64,000 nt of DNA, taken from the NCBI RefSeq assembly GCF_009914755.1, contig NC_060934.1, one strand, 5' to 3'. The notes under the pieces were generated by a model. That model did no database searches and had not been told where the DNA came from. It saw only the letters and a program-made list of their open reading frames with translations. Positions 1 through 13,348 of the stretch are shown here, one piece after another. The DNA comes from the human T2T-CHM13v2.0 reference genome, Homo sapiens. The translations under genes and the position numbers were made by a program. Every line of letters starts with the position of its first letter. Within the stretch, counting starts at the first letter, position 1.

Positions 1-809
1 TTCAAGGCCTCTCCCAAGAGAGGCCATCCTGTCTCCCACACTGTGTGCTCACTTGGGTCCCCCAGCAGGAGCTCCGAAGACAGGGGCCAGTCTGACTTGT
101 CGACGCTGTGGTCCCAGCACCAGCCCGGTCTTTCCATGGAGGCTCCCACAACTGCCTGTCAGATCAATCAGTCGATTGGCCTGGAGCCTGGGGGTAAGGC
201 AGGGGCATCCCACCTGAGCCGATCAGGGGAGCCGGCACCCAGCCCTTGTAAGGGCTCCATCCTGGGATTTGAGATCTGTCTGTGGGTGCAGGTGGCGGGA
301 GGCGTGTGGGGTGGTGGGGGTCATTGACCGGCCACCTAGAAAGTAACAGAGGGGCAAGAGCTAGCCGGGGCACGGAGGCCATCACTGGGCACCAGGTGCT
401 GAGGCACCAGACAGGTGGGGCTCGCCTGCTCCAGAGGCCTGGGCGCAGAGGGCGTCTTTGCCAAACAGCCCAGAGTTTCTATAGTAGCTCCCACCTGAGC
501 TCACAGCCTCATGGAGCACAGAGGCCGGAGGGCCATGTCACTGGCGTGGGGAGTGGGGAGTGGGGCTGCCTCTGCTGGAGCCCCCCAGGCAGCTCACGCT
601 GAAGGCCAGCCCAGGAGGGGCCTCTCTGTGATGGACACTGTCCTCTCCCTGCCCCCTTCTCCCTCCTCATGGGAATGTGGCTATCCCGGGGTCACTGTGG
701 GTCAAGGGAGAAAGTGGACACGGGTGTCCCGGGGAGCAGACACCTGCAGGTGTGCAGAGAGCAGGGCCTGGTCACAGCGCCTCGGTCATGCCAGCCCAGG
801 GAACCCTCT

Positions 810-1201
810 GCTGTGGTGCGACCTCCCAACCTCGTGTTGCAATGTGATCCCCCGTGTTGGAGGTGGGACCTGGTGGGAGTGTGTGGGTCACAGGTGGATC
901 CCTCAGGAGGGGCTTGGTGCCCTCCCTGGGGCAGTGAGTTCTTGCTCTGAGTTCCCCAGAGAGCGGCCTGTTGAACAGAGCCCAGCACCTCCCTCCCCTC
1001 TCTCTTCCTTTCTCCGTCCCCATGACATGCTGGTTTGCGTTCGCCTTCCACCAAGAGTGGAAGCTTCCTGAGGCCTCACCAGAGGCAGATGCCGGGGCCA
1101 CGCGGCCTGTGAAGCCTGCAGAGCTGTGAGCCAAAGGAAGCTCTTTTTAAATAAATTACCAGCCTCAGGCAGTCCTTTATAGCAACACAGACGGACTAAG
1201 A
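810..1201 (+). mobile_element. MST-type (MSTB-like) MaLR solo LTR
   Basis: Diagnostic segments gttggaggtgggacctggtggg, gaagcttcctgaggcctcaccagaggcagatgc, and 3' end ctttatagcaacacagacggactaaga. Subfamily judged by eye. Confidence 0.8.
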
Positions 1202-2384
1202 TCCCCTCTCTTCCAAGGGGGTGGGCACCTCCACCCTCCATGCTCCTTGGGCAGCCTGGGGGCCTCGACAGCAGACCCCCACTCAGCTCCTGCATGTCTG
1301 AGACCTGACCCTGTCTGCATGCTCTGTGGCCACCAGGCCTCACGACCAAGGCCCAGGCGTGTGGGGTCAGGCAGCCAGGAGGGCCAGCTCTGCCCAGAGA
1401 TGCGGCCCTGGAGGAGTGGAGGCATTGACAGTGCTGGTCAGGGTCGTGCACCCCCTCTGCAACCCAGCCTTCTCAAGACCACACAGGAAGGCCAGCCGAG
1501 CCACAGGGCGGGGCTGCAAACCCTGACTGAAAACCCACTAGCGTCAGAGTCCTGGGGAGGCGTGAGAGCGAGGCGTGATGAAGGCAGGAGGGGAGGGGAG
1601 GTCCACAGGGCCTGGAGGGAACCCTGCGAGCTGAATGGCTTCCTGGGCCAAGGCCAGCCTGGGAGGAAGATGGAGGCAGCCACTGTGGGGAGAAAATGTA
1701 GCAAAGAGGGTGGCGGGCAGGGCAGGCAGCTCCCCAGCTCCTCAGCCAGCGGCCATCCCCACCCAGAGCCCGTGAGGCTGGAGAGGATCCACCAGAGTCT
1801 CCGATGGGAACGTGGCCGAGCCCTACAGCGGCAGCACCTCTCTCCACAAAACTCTCAGGAAGAGCAGCCGGGGTCCAACCGCAACGCCGAGCTCAGGAAG
1901 GAATGAGAGAAAAACACACCCATGGCAGGGAGGAGAGCCTTGTGGACAGGCCTGGACTGCAAAAGCAGAGCTGGGGAAGCGGCAGAGGCCTGAAGAAGCC
2001 GCAAAAGAATGGAACCAAGTCACCAAGTCAAAGTCCCAGTGGAGGGAGATGCAGGGACACGGGGGGTCCACAGAGGTGCTCCCGGGGAAAGAACAGAAAC
2101 CCAGGACAGAAAACACAAAGCCGTGGACGATGAACGCTGTCCTGAAACACCCAGGCAGACACGACAGCACGGCCAGCAGAGGCCTCTCCCCAGATTGCAG
2201 GAGGAAACAGCATCCTATGGGTACTCAGGCAGAAAAAGCAGGTCACATGTGGGGAAAGAGATGCCTGTCCACAGGCTTCCCACAGAATCCCAAGGCCCAG
2301 AAACATGTGAATTCTGCATAAGGAAACTATGGTCAAAAATAGAATCCCAGGCAATAGAGACAGCAGCAGGAATTTCTCACATAC

Positions 2385-2550
2385 GAGGGCACCGAGGGAA
2401 TCACACCCGTCAACACTGCTCCCATGTGGAAGGAATAAAGGAATCACACCCGTGAGCTCCTCTCCCGTGTGGAGGGAATGAGGGAATCACACCCTTGAAC
2501 TCTTCTCTTATGTGGCAGGTTGAGGGAATCACACCCATGAGCTGCCATCA
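2385..2550. repeat. Degenerate ~42-bp tandem repeat, ~4 copies
   Basis: gggaatcacaccc core recurs at ~42-bp spacing. Confidence 0.7.
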
Positions 2551-2758
2551 TACATGTAGAGAACCCAAGGAATTGGGCAGTAGAACTGCTCTTGAAAACT
2601 GACTATTGCCAGAGTCCACCCAACCAAGACAGAGCCAGAATGAACCTCACATTTGGGTAGTCACAGCACCACGATGTTGCCCGGGAGCCCCTTCCATGCT
2701 AAGCACTGGGAGAATCACGGCTCTAGGACGCAACACTCATACTGTGTGCTTTGCATGT

Positions 2759-3002
2759 TGATATGGTTTGGCTGTGTTCCCTCTCAAATCTCACCTTGAA
2801 TTGTAGTTCCCATAATCCCCACGTTTTGCGGGAGGGACCCTGTGGAAGGTGACTGGATCGTGGGGGTGGTTTTCCCACGCTGTTCTCGTGATAGTGAGTG
2901 AGTTCTCACGAGATCTGCACGCCTGGCATTTCCCCTGCTCACACTTCTCCCTGCTGCTGCCTTGTGAACAAGGTGCTGCTTCCCCTTCAGCCATGATTGT
3001 GA
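2759..3002 (+). mobile_element. THE1D/MSTA-like MaLR LTR, 3'-truncated
   Basis: Starts with the canonical tgatatggtttggctgtg, contains gttctcacgagatctg, and stops abruptly at ccatgattgtga. Confidence 0.85.
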
Positions 3003-3751
3003 TGAGAATGAAGCTCTGATTTTCTCATGTTGCCCAAATTCCTATCTAAGGAGTCTGGGGAGTCATGCCCTACAAACCGTAAATTCTCATCAGATGGGTT
3101 TCATTTAACCCTGTATATCGTGACTTACTATCTAATCTGACTCTGGCATAACAAGCGAAAACATCGAAATGTTTTACCCTAAAATATATTTTCTTGCTAT
3201 ACCTTGAAATTGCCCTCCAAAGTCTCCTGTGGGAAAAATCCTCATTCTGTAAAGAATCCTCTTCCCCTTTGTTTCCTTTCTTTGCAGATCCAGGAGATAA
3301 CCAACTAAGAGCCAGGCTCCCTTTTAGGTCTAATAAGAAACATTTTACAACCTGCTCTCTCTCTGAAGTCTGCTATCGGAGAGCTTCCTCTGGACAATAA
3401 AACTTGGTCCCCACAATCTTTTATCTCAACCTGAACATTCCTTTCCACTGATCCCAGGTCTTCAGATAAACTCAACCAATTGTCATCCATAAAATGTTTA
3501 AATTCACCAACAGCCTGGAAGCCCCGCTTGAGTTGTCCCAACTTTCTGAACCAAACCAGTTTATCTCTTCAATGTATTTGATTGCTGTCTCATGCCTCCC
3601 TAAAAATGCATAAAACCAGGCTGTACCCGACCACCTGGGGCGCATGCTCTCAGGACCTCCTGGGGGCTGTGTCACGGGCCACGGTCACTCAGATTCGGCT
3701 CAGAATAAATCTCTTCCAATATTTTACAGAGTTTGACTCTTTTCATCAACA
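3003..3751 (+). mobile_element. MER4-family ERV1 LTR, 5'-truncated
   Basis: ttgcccaaattcctatctaagg and aaattctcatcagatggg; typical 3' end ggctcagaataaatctcttc...tattttacagagtttgactcttttcatcaaca. Confidence 0.8.
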
Positions 3752-4632
3752 ATTTCAAGTAAAATTCATTTGTAATGCTTTGTTGAAATAGTATATTATT
3801 CCAATTTTCTGAAATAAATTCTTCTTTCTTTCAAGCTATGAGTATGTACAAAGAAGAATCTGATTGTGTGGTTGGATTTTAGACAAGTTTTTACTTTCTT
3901 GGTAATTTTCTGGGCAACTTGACTTTTTCTTGATAAGGAGCGTGTATCATGTTTTACAAACACAATTAAGTCATTACTATTAAAAGAGAAATATCATGCA
4001 ATGAGACGATGGACTGAAAGCAATAAACCATCCCTGCTGTAGGAAGCGAGGGGCTCAGGTACCCTCCCGGGGGTCCGGCTCCCCACTCGATCCTGAGCGG
4101 CCTCCCCCAGGGGCGGGCAGGGGGGCTGAGCCTTCACTCTACCACCCTGTGAGCCTGGCAGGCTAAGGTCTCCTTCCTCCTCCCAAAAGCAAGACGGTGA
4201 TAACACCTGCCCAAACGCCTTCCCAGAGGGTATTTTTTTTTTAGCTCTAATGAGATGCTGATGTTTGTGAAAGAGATCCACAGACCGCAAACAGCCTCAG
4301 ATGTGCCTGGAGTCCCTGGACGTCAATCAGCCTGCACTAAACGAATACGCTAATTTAACAAACCTTCCCTGTGCAGGGAGGACAGCTAACGTCCACCAAG
4401 AATGTTTTAAAAATCATTTAGGATATACATTTTTAAGTGAATAAACATATTTTTGGTTTGCAGAGAAAACCCATTGTTTTTAGAAACACATTAATGTTTA
4501 AAGTGTATGTAGATGAGGACAGAGGTCTATTGCCCAGTCTAAGAGAGCTTTAAAATGTAAGCGTTTCAAATAGAAGCTGATGAATTTTTAATTGATTTAG
4601 TTGCAAGTAGGTGCAGTTTCAGAGTATTTTAG

Positions 4633-5796
4633 TGTAAAGCAAAAATAAAACCCTAAGCCCCCCGCTAACTGGACGGATCCCCCTTCATGGCCAAGAGAAC
4701 CTGAGACACGGGATTCCCGGCCATGGTGGGAAGCGGCGGACACCTCTCGTTACGCCCCCTCCCCTTTGGCGTCCGGGCACCACCAACCAGCATTGACGTT
4801 GCAATAGAGATGTTAGGATGGACAGACAGACTCCCAGCCTGACTCTGGTGCAGCCTCCCACACGGACGGCAGACAGCAGGCCCTGAGGACACGCACAGGG
4901 TGCTCACCACAATGTATGCCTTTGACACGTTTAGAAATGGGCCTGTCTGCTGTGGGGGAACATTGCATCTTAGAGGGTCTCCTTCCCTTTCTAGGTCTTT
5001 CCCAGACCTACAGAGGATTAACTAGGAGTCGGACACCTTTTATTTATTTATTTTTAATTAATTTTTTTTTTGAGACGGAGTCTCGCTCTGTCGCCCAGGC
5101 TGCAGTACAGTGGCTCAGTCTCGGCTCACAGCAAGCTCCGCCTCCCGGGTTCACACCATTCTCCTGCCTCAGCCTCCTGAGTAGCTGGGACTACAGGCGC
5201 CCGCCACCACGCCCGGCTAATTTTTTTTTATATATATATTTTTTAGTAGAGACGGGGTTTCACCGTGTTAGCCAGGATGGTCTCGATCTCCTGACCTCGT
5301 AATCCGCCCGCCTCGGCCTTCCAAAGTGCTGGGATTACAGGCGTGAGCCACCGCGCCTGGCCCGACACCTTTTAAATTTGGAAAAGAGACTTCCACCCCC
5401 CGTTCTCTCTGAAGGCTGTTTCCCACCTGGAGGCCTCAGCTACTTAACAACAACCTTGGCGTCTACAGCCCACTTTATACCAAGCCAAGCTTTTCTGTCC
5501 CCTGACTTTTTAAGTTCTTAGACAAAGCTTAACTCTTTCAACCAACTGCCAACCAGAAAATCTTTGAATCTGGGTGCAAGCCCCCATGTCCTACCTGAAC
5601 CTTCCATGGACTGACTGACGTCTTTGCCTGTAACTTCCATCTCCCTGAAAGGTATAAAACTAAGCTGTGACCCACCTACCTCGGACACATTCCCAAGGCC
5701 TCTTGAGACTGTAGCTCAGGCCACGATCAATCATATTGGCTCAGAATAAACCGCTTTCAATATTTTACAGAATTGGGCTTTTTTTTTTTGTCAACA
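4633..5796 (+). mobile_element. MER4-family ERV1 solo LTR with 4-bp TSD, interrupted by AluY
   Basis: TG...CA termini (tgtaaagcaaaaataaaa ... ggctcagaataaa...gtcaaca) flanked by TTAG at 4629-4632 and 5797-5800. Confidence 0.85.
5043..5362 (-). mobile_element. AluY
   Basis: Full dimer in reverse with Y-diagnostic caccgtgttagccaggatggtctcgatctcctgacctcgt; TSD gacacctttta at 5032-5042 and 5364-5374. Confidence 0.95.
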
Positions 5797-6721
5797 TTAG
5801 GAAAACCTTTTACGATACACTTTCCATTTCTGCCAGGATATAATACTTTAAATTACATTGATATAGAAGACATTATGGAATTAAGCCTGTCCGCCCCACT
5901 CCAAAATTAGGAAAGTTAGTAGAAAAAAACTTAAGGTAACGCAAACTAGATTGTTTTCCTTTCCTGAGAAAATCCTCATGTCCTTAGCTCCAAAATAAAT
6001 TCCAAATAAATAGTGAAAATGTAACAAAGTAAATTACACCAGCAACGTTGAACCTGTCTGTTTGGGGAGTGGGAGGGCTGCACTGCCTCCAGGCCTCCGC
6101 GCGTTGACTGGGTCGTCACATGATCCGGGAGTGTGGGGTCCACCCTGCCTCGTCAGCACTGACGCTGCCCCCACACACAGGCTCACCGTTTAAGGATCCT
6201 TCCCTTACGGGGAATGCAGAAAGCCGCAGCCTCTCGCAGCTGCCTGACTCTGCAGAGACTGGGAAGGTCTGAAAAGAAGTCCCTGGAGTCTGGATCTCAG
6301 GGGTGAGCCCCATGGACCACGGCTGTGTCCCCGACGCCTCCCCTGAAACACCAGCGGCTCTCTCGCCTGGCCTCGGCTGCCCTGAGTCCCGAAGTGTTTC
6401 CCTGGAGGCCAGCCCTGCATGCAGCCGGTCCACCACCTCCCAGAGGCTCACACCATCTCCGGTGTGAAGCCCGCATTTGGGGTCTCCAGAGAGAGGCCTG
6501 TTCCCATGCTGGATCCTGCTTCTCTTGCAGCCCCAGCTCCCAGGCCCGGGTGCTCACGAGGAGGGCCCTTCACACAGACCTCGTCCTCCTGTCTGCTCCT
6601 GGCTGCAGCGTCCCCGCCCCACTCACTGCACCAACTTCTTCCACCTCCCTCCTGGGTCACCTCTCTCCTGGGTCTGAGCAGTGGGTCCCTGGGACTGAAG
6701 AGTGTAGCACATTGAGTAACG

Positions 6722-6850
6722 ATCCCTAAAGAGACATGTCTCCATCTTAACCCCAGAAGCACTCGGGTTTGGAAAAAGGGTCTTTTGAGGCAAGATCATC
6801 CTGGGTTGTGGGAGCAGCCCTAATCCAGGCTCAAGTGTCCTTATAAGGGA
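6722..6850 (+). mobile_element. MLT1-like LTR fragment
   Basis: tttggaaaaagggtctttt, ccctaatcca and gtgtccttataag resemble the MLT1 5' region. Confidence 0.5.
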
Positions 6851-8484
6851 ATTTGCCGCTGGGGGTGTCGGGGAGGCCGAGGCTGGGACCCTCTGCAGCT
6901 GCGGACGTCGCCCCACACTGCTCTCACCTTCCCGCTTCCCACAGTGACCTATGACCCCGTCATGACTTGGTGCCAGCCCCTTGGAGACACTGGTGTCCCT
7001 CCAACCCCACAGCCCCAGGGGTCAGCAGAAACGGGAAAGAGAAGAGCACAGCCCCCTCTGCCCGCCTGGTCCCTGGAAGCCCCTCTGACCTGGAGCAGCA
7101 GCCACTCCCTGCAGCCTGTCCGGGAGACCAGGAGCCGCCGGGGGGAGGCTGGAGCTGGGCCGGGAGGCTGCTCTGCCGGACGTGGAGTCTCTGAACCTGC
7201 TCGGTGCATGCGCACGCTCCCCTGAGCCCCGCTGTTTTCCTTGCAGGACCCTGTTCTCATCACTGGGTGGAGGTGCAGAGAGGCTCAGCCGTTTGCAGGA
7301 CAGTCTGAGGAACAGAGCCCTGTGGCTTTGAGACTCTGCAGATCTCCGGGACCTGGGGACTGGGTGAGGTGGGTTGGGGGCTCCCTTCTGCAGCCCTGAG
7401 ATTGGAGCAGACCTCAGGAGAGCCCCCCAGGGCCAGCACTTCCCAGGCCTGGGACTGGGGAATGGGCTAAGGGTCCCATCTGTGGAGCAGCTGTGAGGCC
7501 CCTCGCCAGCCCGTGTGGACGCTGGAACACCGTGTGCAGAGGCTGCTGAGCAGAGGGGCTTCCTGGTCCGCCTCCGTGCTGCCCCCGGGGCTCGTCTGCC
7601 CGACGGCCTCCCCAGCCAGCAGCACCCAGGCTCCTCCGACACCCCGGGACTCAACAAAGTCTGTGTGGAGTTGAGATGAGATCACGGAAGCCCCAAGCCC
7701 CGCTGAGGCAGTAGAGACGCGGCGCCACCTGGAACAGGGGTCTGTTATCAAAAGCCCTTGGCTCGCGGGGTCATTAGGGATTCCGTGCACACACCTGGAG
7801 TGTTGAATAATGAATCAGGCTGCCCTGGTGTGATGAGATTTCATAAATGAGCGATTTGCATATTGTGATTGATCACGGAAGCCTCTGGGGCTGGAGCTGG
7901 AGGAGCCGGTCAGGTGCCGGCTTCTGTGTCCTCAGCGGGTGCCTCAGTCCTGCCCCGGAGGCTGCAGGGACGCAGACTCCCCAAGGTGCATGGACCCTGC
8001 CCCGGGCAGCCGCTGGACTTGAGACTTGGGGTGGAAGCAGGCCGTGTCCCTCTGAAGGTCCCTGCCTTCAGGGTCGGTCCTCAGCGTTTGTGGGAAGCAG
8101 CTGGTGTCCTCTGCCCAGGGGCTATGCCCTTTCTGGCCAAGGGCTCAAGCCCAGAGGTCACTGCTGCCACCTGGCTCTGGCATTCTCACACCTTCTGGAA
8201 GAATTCCAGCTGTAATGACGGCAGCTGCTCATAAAAAACCTGGGGCAGGCCGGCTCAAGGCGAGTCAGGCCAGGCGGCTGCAGGACTTAGCATCTTCCCA
8301 CCTGGCCTGAGCAGCCTGGAAACTGCATCCGCTTTCATGCAGCTGACACCAGCCAGCTGTCCCCGAGGATGTGGGATGCAGTGAGGCCAGAGGCACCCTC
8401 AGGACAGGAGGGGCACGAGGCGCAGGAGGCCATGAGGCTGCTGAGTGGAGGCGAGAGGGACCCAGGACACGAGTGGCTCCGTGC

Positions 8485-8642
8485 AGGGGGGCTGAGGGTG
8501 AGGTGGGGCAGGGGGCGGCGTCTGTGGGTGAGGTGGGGCAGGTGGCAGGGGGGGGGGCTGTGGGCGGGGCAGGGGCGGGGTGGCGGAAAGGGGGCCGGGG
8601 GCGGGGGGCTGTGGGTGAGGTGGGGAAGGGAGCGGGGCAGGG
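8485..8642. repeat. G-rich low-complexity repeat, G-quadruplex-prone
   Basis: Repeated gtgggtgaggtggggcaggggg with many runs of 3 or more G. Confidence 0.8.
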
Positions 8643-8718
8643 CTCTTCTCCGGAAGTGGACATTGTGACATCCACTGGGGGAGGAGACATGGCAAATCCA
8701 GGTCTGAAAGGAGCCCCA

Positions 8719-9012
8719 GGCCAGGCACCGTGGCTCACACCTGTAATCCTGGCACTTTGGGAGACTGAGGCAGGTGAATCACTTGAGCCCAGGAGTTTGA
8801 GACCAGCCTGGGCAACACAGGGAGACCCCATTTCTAGAAATAGTAGAAAGATTAGCTGGGCGTCGTGGTGCCCGCCTGTGGTCCCAGCTTCAAGGGAAGG
8901 TGTGGAAGGAGGAGTCCTCATGCCCAGAAACTGCAGTGAGCTGAGATGGCACCACTGCACTCCAGCCTGGGTGACAGAGACTCTGTCTCATGAAAAACAA
9001 AAGAAAAGAAAA
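8719..9012 (+). mobile_element. Alu (AluJ-like)
   Basis: ggccaggcaccgtggctcacacctgtaatcc...ttgagcccaggagtttgagaccagcctgggcaac, followed by an A-rich tail. Confidence 0.9.
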
Positions 9013-9301
9013 AGGAGGTTCACTTCCTCACAAACCAGCGGAGCAAGGATCAGGGCTGGGCCATTCTCTCTGGCCTTCTCAGGGATCAAGAAAGGGAACG
9101 GGGCCAGCATTGCCAACCCTCAGCCCCGGGTCCAGCTCCCTTCAGGGGTGGGGGGACCCTAGACCCATCCTCCTGGGAGGGGCTCCTTCACGGCAGCCCA
9201 CCCCACCCACCACGCCTGGTCCTGGACACGTGCACCCTGTGAAACCCTCACCTCCAACTCCCCAAGGGCCGGCAGCTTTCTAGCAGGGCACCTGGCAGGA
9301 G

Positions 9302-10147
9302 TCTGGGAAGGCAGGGTCCAGGAAGGCAGGGTCCGGGAAGGCAGAGTCCAGGAAGGCAGGGTCCGGGATGGGTCCAGGAAGGCAGGGTCCGGGAAGGCTG
9401 GGTCCGGGAAGGCAGGGTCCGGGAAGGCAGGGTCCGGGATGGGTCCAGGAAGGCAGGGTCCGGGAAGGCTGGGTCCGGGAAGGCAGGGTCCGGGAAGGCA
9501 GGGTCCGGGATGGGTCCGGGAAGGCAGGGTCCGGGAAGGCTGAGTCCGGGAAGGCTGAGTCCGGGAAGGCAGGGTCCGGGAAGGCAGGGTCCGGGAAGGC
9601 TGAGTCCGGGAAGGCTGGGTCCGGGAAGGCAGGGTCCGGGATGGGTCCGGGAAGGCAGGGTCCGGGAAGGCTGAGTCCGGGAAGGCAGGGTCCGGGAAGG
9701 CAGGGTCCGGGATGGGTCCGGGAAGGCAGGGTCCGGGAAGGCTGAGTCCGGGAAGGCTGAGTCCGGGAAGGCAGGGTCCGGGAAGGCAGAGTCCGGTAAG
9801 GCAGGGTCCGGGAAGGCAGAGTCCGGGATGGGTCCGGGATGGGTCCGGGAAGGCAGAGTCCGGGAAGGCAGGGTCCGGGAAGGCTGAGTCCGGGAAGGCA
9901 GGGTCCAGGAAGGCAGGGTCCGGGAAGGCAGAGTCCGGGATGGGTCCGGGAAGGCTGGGTCCGGGAAGGCAGGGTCCGGGAAGGCAGAGTCCGGGATGGG
10001 TCCGGGAAGGCTGGGTCCGGGAAGGCAGGGTCCGGGAAGGCAGAGTCCGGGATGGGTCCGGGAAGGCTGGGTCCGGGATGGGTCCGGGAAGGCAGGGTCT
10101 GGGAAGGCAGAGTCCGGTAAGGCTGGGTCCGGGAAGGCTGGGGTCCG
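9302..10147. repeat. VNTR, 15-bp unit GGAAGGCAGGGTCCG with a shorter GGATGGGTCCG-type variant
   Basis: Directly visible over ~0.85 kb; it generates the PDPAF/SRTLP ORFs. Confidence 0.97.
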
Positions 10148-11177
10148 TGGGGATGGGCAGGGTCTGTGGGGACACGCAGGGTGTCCCACATGATGCAGCC
10201 TGTCCTCATATGGGGACTCTGAGCTCTGAGACTCCCTGTGTGAGATGTTTGGGTGCAGAGCTGTGAAGACACAGAAGGAAACGTTGCCGTCTGCACCAGG
10301 CTCCCCACCGTTGGTGGCCCTGTTTTCCGTGGCCCTGTGGCCTGTGGCCCTGTCTAACGAGGCCACACCACATTCATGTGGACAAGCACCAGGAGCTCCG
10401 GGTCAGATGAGAACACTGTTTCCTCCGACCTGACTGCCTCTTTGCCTGGCGGTTTCTAAGCCAGCATCCAGCCGGCCTCGGTGAGGATGACACCAGCATC
10501 CCCTTGACCCTCCAAGGTCTCCTGTGACATTGCCCCAGAGGCTCTTGCTGTGGGGCCGTCCAGTTTATGTGGAGTGACCTGCACCCTGAGCACAGCCCAA
10601 CAGTTGGCCACACCTTGGGGGCCCGAGGGGCTGAGTTCTACCCAGAGCGGCTGGAGGCTCACAAGGGACTTTTCCCACCTTGGAGGGAGCCAAGTTCCCC
10701 TGGGGGGCAGGTGGGCTGCTCAGCTCTGAAAGACCTCAGTGCCGTGGAGCTGCGCTCTGGAGGAAGGGTACTGAGCCGATTCCCTGACAGTGACTGTAAT
10801 AAAGATGGCTAAATAGAGCATATTAGCACATTTTTAAACATTTATCAAAGCGAGCCCTGGCAGACATCCTGAAAATGTAATTTTCCCTCTCACTGAGCGT
10901 GTCATCAATCCCGGGCCACGGCCGGAGCTGGGTCGCGAGGGAGATGGCGGCTCCACGGCTCCCCGATGCTGACACAGATCGCTGTCCCCTGCAGCTCCTC
11001 GAACCCCTGAGAGAAATTTGAGGGGGAGCTTTGGCAGCTCTCTAAACACCTCCAGCTCAACTGGAGCCCTCTGGAGTCAAAGTGAAATCTTCTGTCCGGG
11101 TTCAGGACAGGGAAGCGTGCTGTCCAGCTCTGCGGCAGGCAGGGGACAAAGCCTGGACGTCAGCATCCTTGAGACCG

Positions 11178-11436
11178 GCCTGGATGGATGCCCCCCTGCC
11201 TGGACACACCTTGAATGGACATCCCTGTGTCTGGACACCCCCTTGCCTGGATGCCCCTGTGTCTGGATGCCCTCCTGCCTGAAAGCTTCCCTGCCTGGAC
11301 GCCCTCCTGCCTGGAAACTTCCCTGCCTGGACACCCTCCTGCCTGGAAGCTTCCCTGCCTGGAAACTTCCCTGCCTGGATGCCCTCCTGCCTGGAAACTT
11401 CCCTGCCTGGACACCTCTGTGCCTGGAAGCTCCCCC
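11178..11436. repeat. Degenerate ~16-bp tandem repeat (CCCTGCCTGGAAACTT / CCTGCCTGGACGCCCT)
   Basis: cctgcctgga core recurs throughout. Confidence 0.85.
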
Positions 11437-13118
11437 TGGGCCGGGACACTGCACTGCACTGAGTTCTGGGCCACATGTCATGCGCACTGACCCTGTGACC
11501 CTGGAGCCCAGACACCTTGGAGAGGCCTGGGGAAGGTCAGGTTTGGCCCAAGGAGCAGGCATGAGGCTGCAGCGTCGCAGAACTCCTCCACTCAGGGACC
11601 TGGTGGGAAGTCACGGCCCACGCTCACGTGGGCGTTGATCAACACAGCTGACCATCCTCCGGATGCTGTCCAGGCTGCCCCACCTGCCCTGAGGTCTCCT
11701 TGGCCAGTGGGTGGGTTGGGGAGGTGGAGCTGGAAGACCTGAGGGAGTCTGGGGTCAGGGACAGCAGCCAGGCGGTGGGGGCTGTGACCTTCCTTGTGAA
11801 CGTGGGGACTGGAGACCCCCAGGCCCCCTGCTTCCCTCCCCTGCCTCCCCTCCCTGGGGCCTGAAGCTGAGCCCCACAGCAGCATCCTAACACCACCCTG
11901 CCCCAGGGACTGGGGCCTTATGCCTGCCCCACCCACCACAGCACAACACAGGGGGACTCACCCTGCCTCGGGTGGGTGGAGGTGGGCGCTGTCCAGCAGG
12001 GTGGAGGCATGAACGGGCCGGAGACACCTTGATCCCAGGTAGGAGCTGGGTGCACACAGGGAGCCTCATCCTGAGGCCCCTGGGAGTTGGGGTCAGTCAT
12101 CATAGGCGCTGACCTCCAGTCGTCCTTCTCAGGCGCCTTTTCCGGAGAAAGCCCATCTGAGTATTCGGCCACAAGCTCCTTGGTAGGGAAGAGCTCCCGC
12201 TCCCAGCTCCCAGCTTCTCTAAGCCCAGATGAGACACAGAAGCTCATTTTATTCAAATGCAAACTTTTAATGGATGAAATTCTTCAACAGTGACTTTTTG
12301 GCTTTTCATAATGAGAAAAAGATATGTTCTCTCCTGGCAATGTTCTAAAATTTTGCCGTGAGACAGCTTTAGAGCCTCAGAATCTGAGGCCGGGGGAGGC
12401 TGAGCCATCGTCACACGTGAGGCCAAGGCTGCACACAGGAGGGGCCCAGGAGGGGAAAGCCCGGCTCCCCTTTCCCACTGAACTTTCAGGGCGGTCAGTG
12501 GAAGGACGGCGGGAAATGGGGGCAGCAGGGGAGGGACGGGCAGCTCAGCTGGACAGTCAGGTCCCCGCCGGCCCAGAGGGAGGCTGCAGCCCGACAGGGC
12601 TGGAAAGGCGCTGCCCCGGATCTGATCTCACCAGGCCACGGCAGCCACGCTTGGCTGTGCAGGGTGGCGCCTCCCCTGTGCTGGCTGGAAACGCCCGTTT
12701 GTCAGAACAACTCACAATTGGGCCTGGCCCTGGATCTTGCCTTCCCCGCCCCCATGTCTCTTTGTCCTCCAGGCAGGGGCCCCTCGTTCTGACCGCAGGG
12801 CATCTGGCTGTCCCTCAGGCCACCGGCTCACTGCTCCCCAGCTCCTGATCTGCCCCCACCCCGTGGCCCTGTCCAGGGTTTGCCGTCCCTCACACTGTCA
12901 GGTCACTGCTCCCCAGCTCCTGGTCTGCTCCTGCTCCGTGGTCCTGTCCCGGATTTGTGAAATCATCACGGACTGATGACTCGGAATCAGATCAAGATTC
13001 ATCATGTCCTGTGTCCCTTGCTCTCTGAGTGGCCTGGGGGCGAACACATGAACCTCTTAAGGCCCCAGAAATGTGGGGAGAAAACATCAGCTGTGACACG
13101 AGGAGTCAAGCCGTGGAT

Positions 13119-13348
13119 TGAGGACATGAGGCTGGTCCATGCCGAGACACTGAGGACACGGGGCTCATCCACACCTAGATACTGAGGACACAGGGCTGGT
13201 CCACACCGAGACACTGAGGACACGGGGCTGTTCCACGCCCAGACACTGAGGACACGGGGCTGGTCCACGCCCAGACACTGAGGACACGGGGCTGGTCGAC
13301 GCCGAGATACTGAGGACACAGGGCTGGTCCATGCCCAGACACTGAGGT
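13119..13348. repeat. 32-bp minisatellite, ~7 copies
   Basis: Unit acactgaggacacggggctggtccacgcccag. Confidence 0.92.

Noticed and set aside
4916-5302. Alu-overlapping ORFs (also at 8265-9162, 22798-23543, 26895-27479 and 41599-41938)
   Set aside because: Standard Alu translation products.
9159-10366. PDPAF/SRTLP pentapeptide-repeat ORFs; GTCCGGGAA as a STAT site
   Set aside because: 15-bp VNTR artefact; the motif lacks the TTC half of a GAS site.
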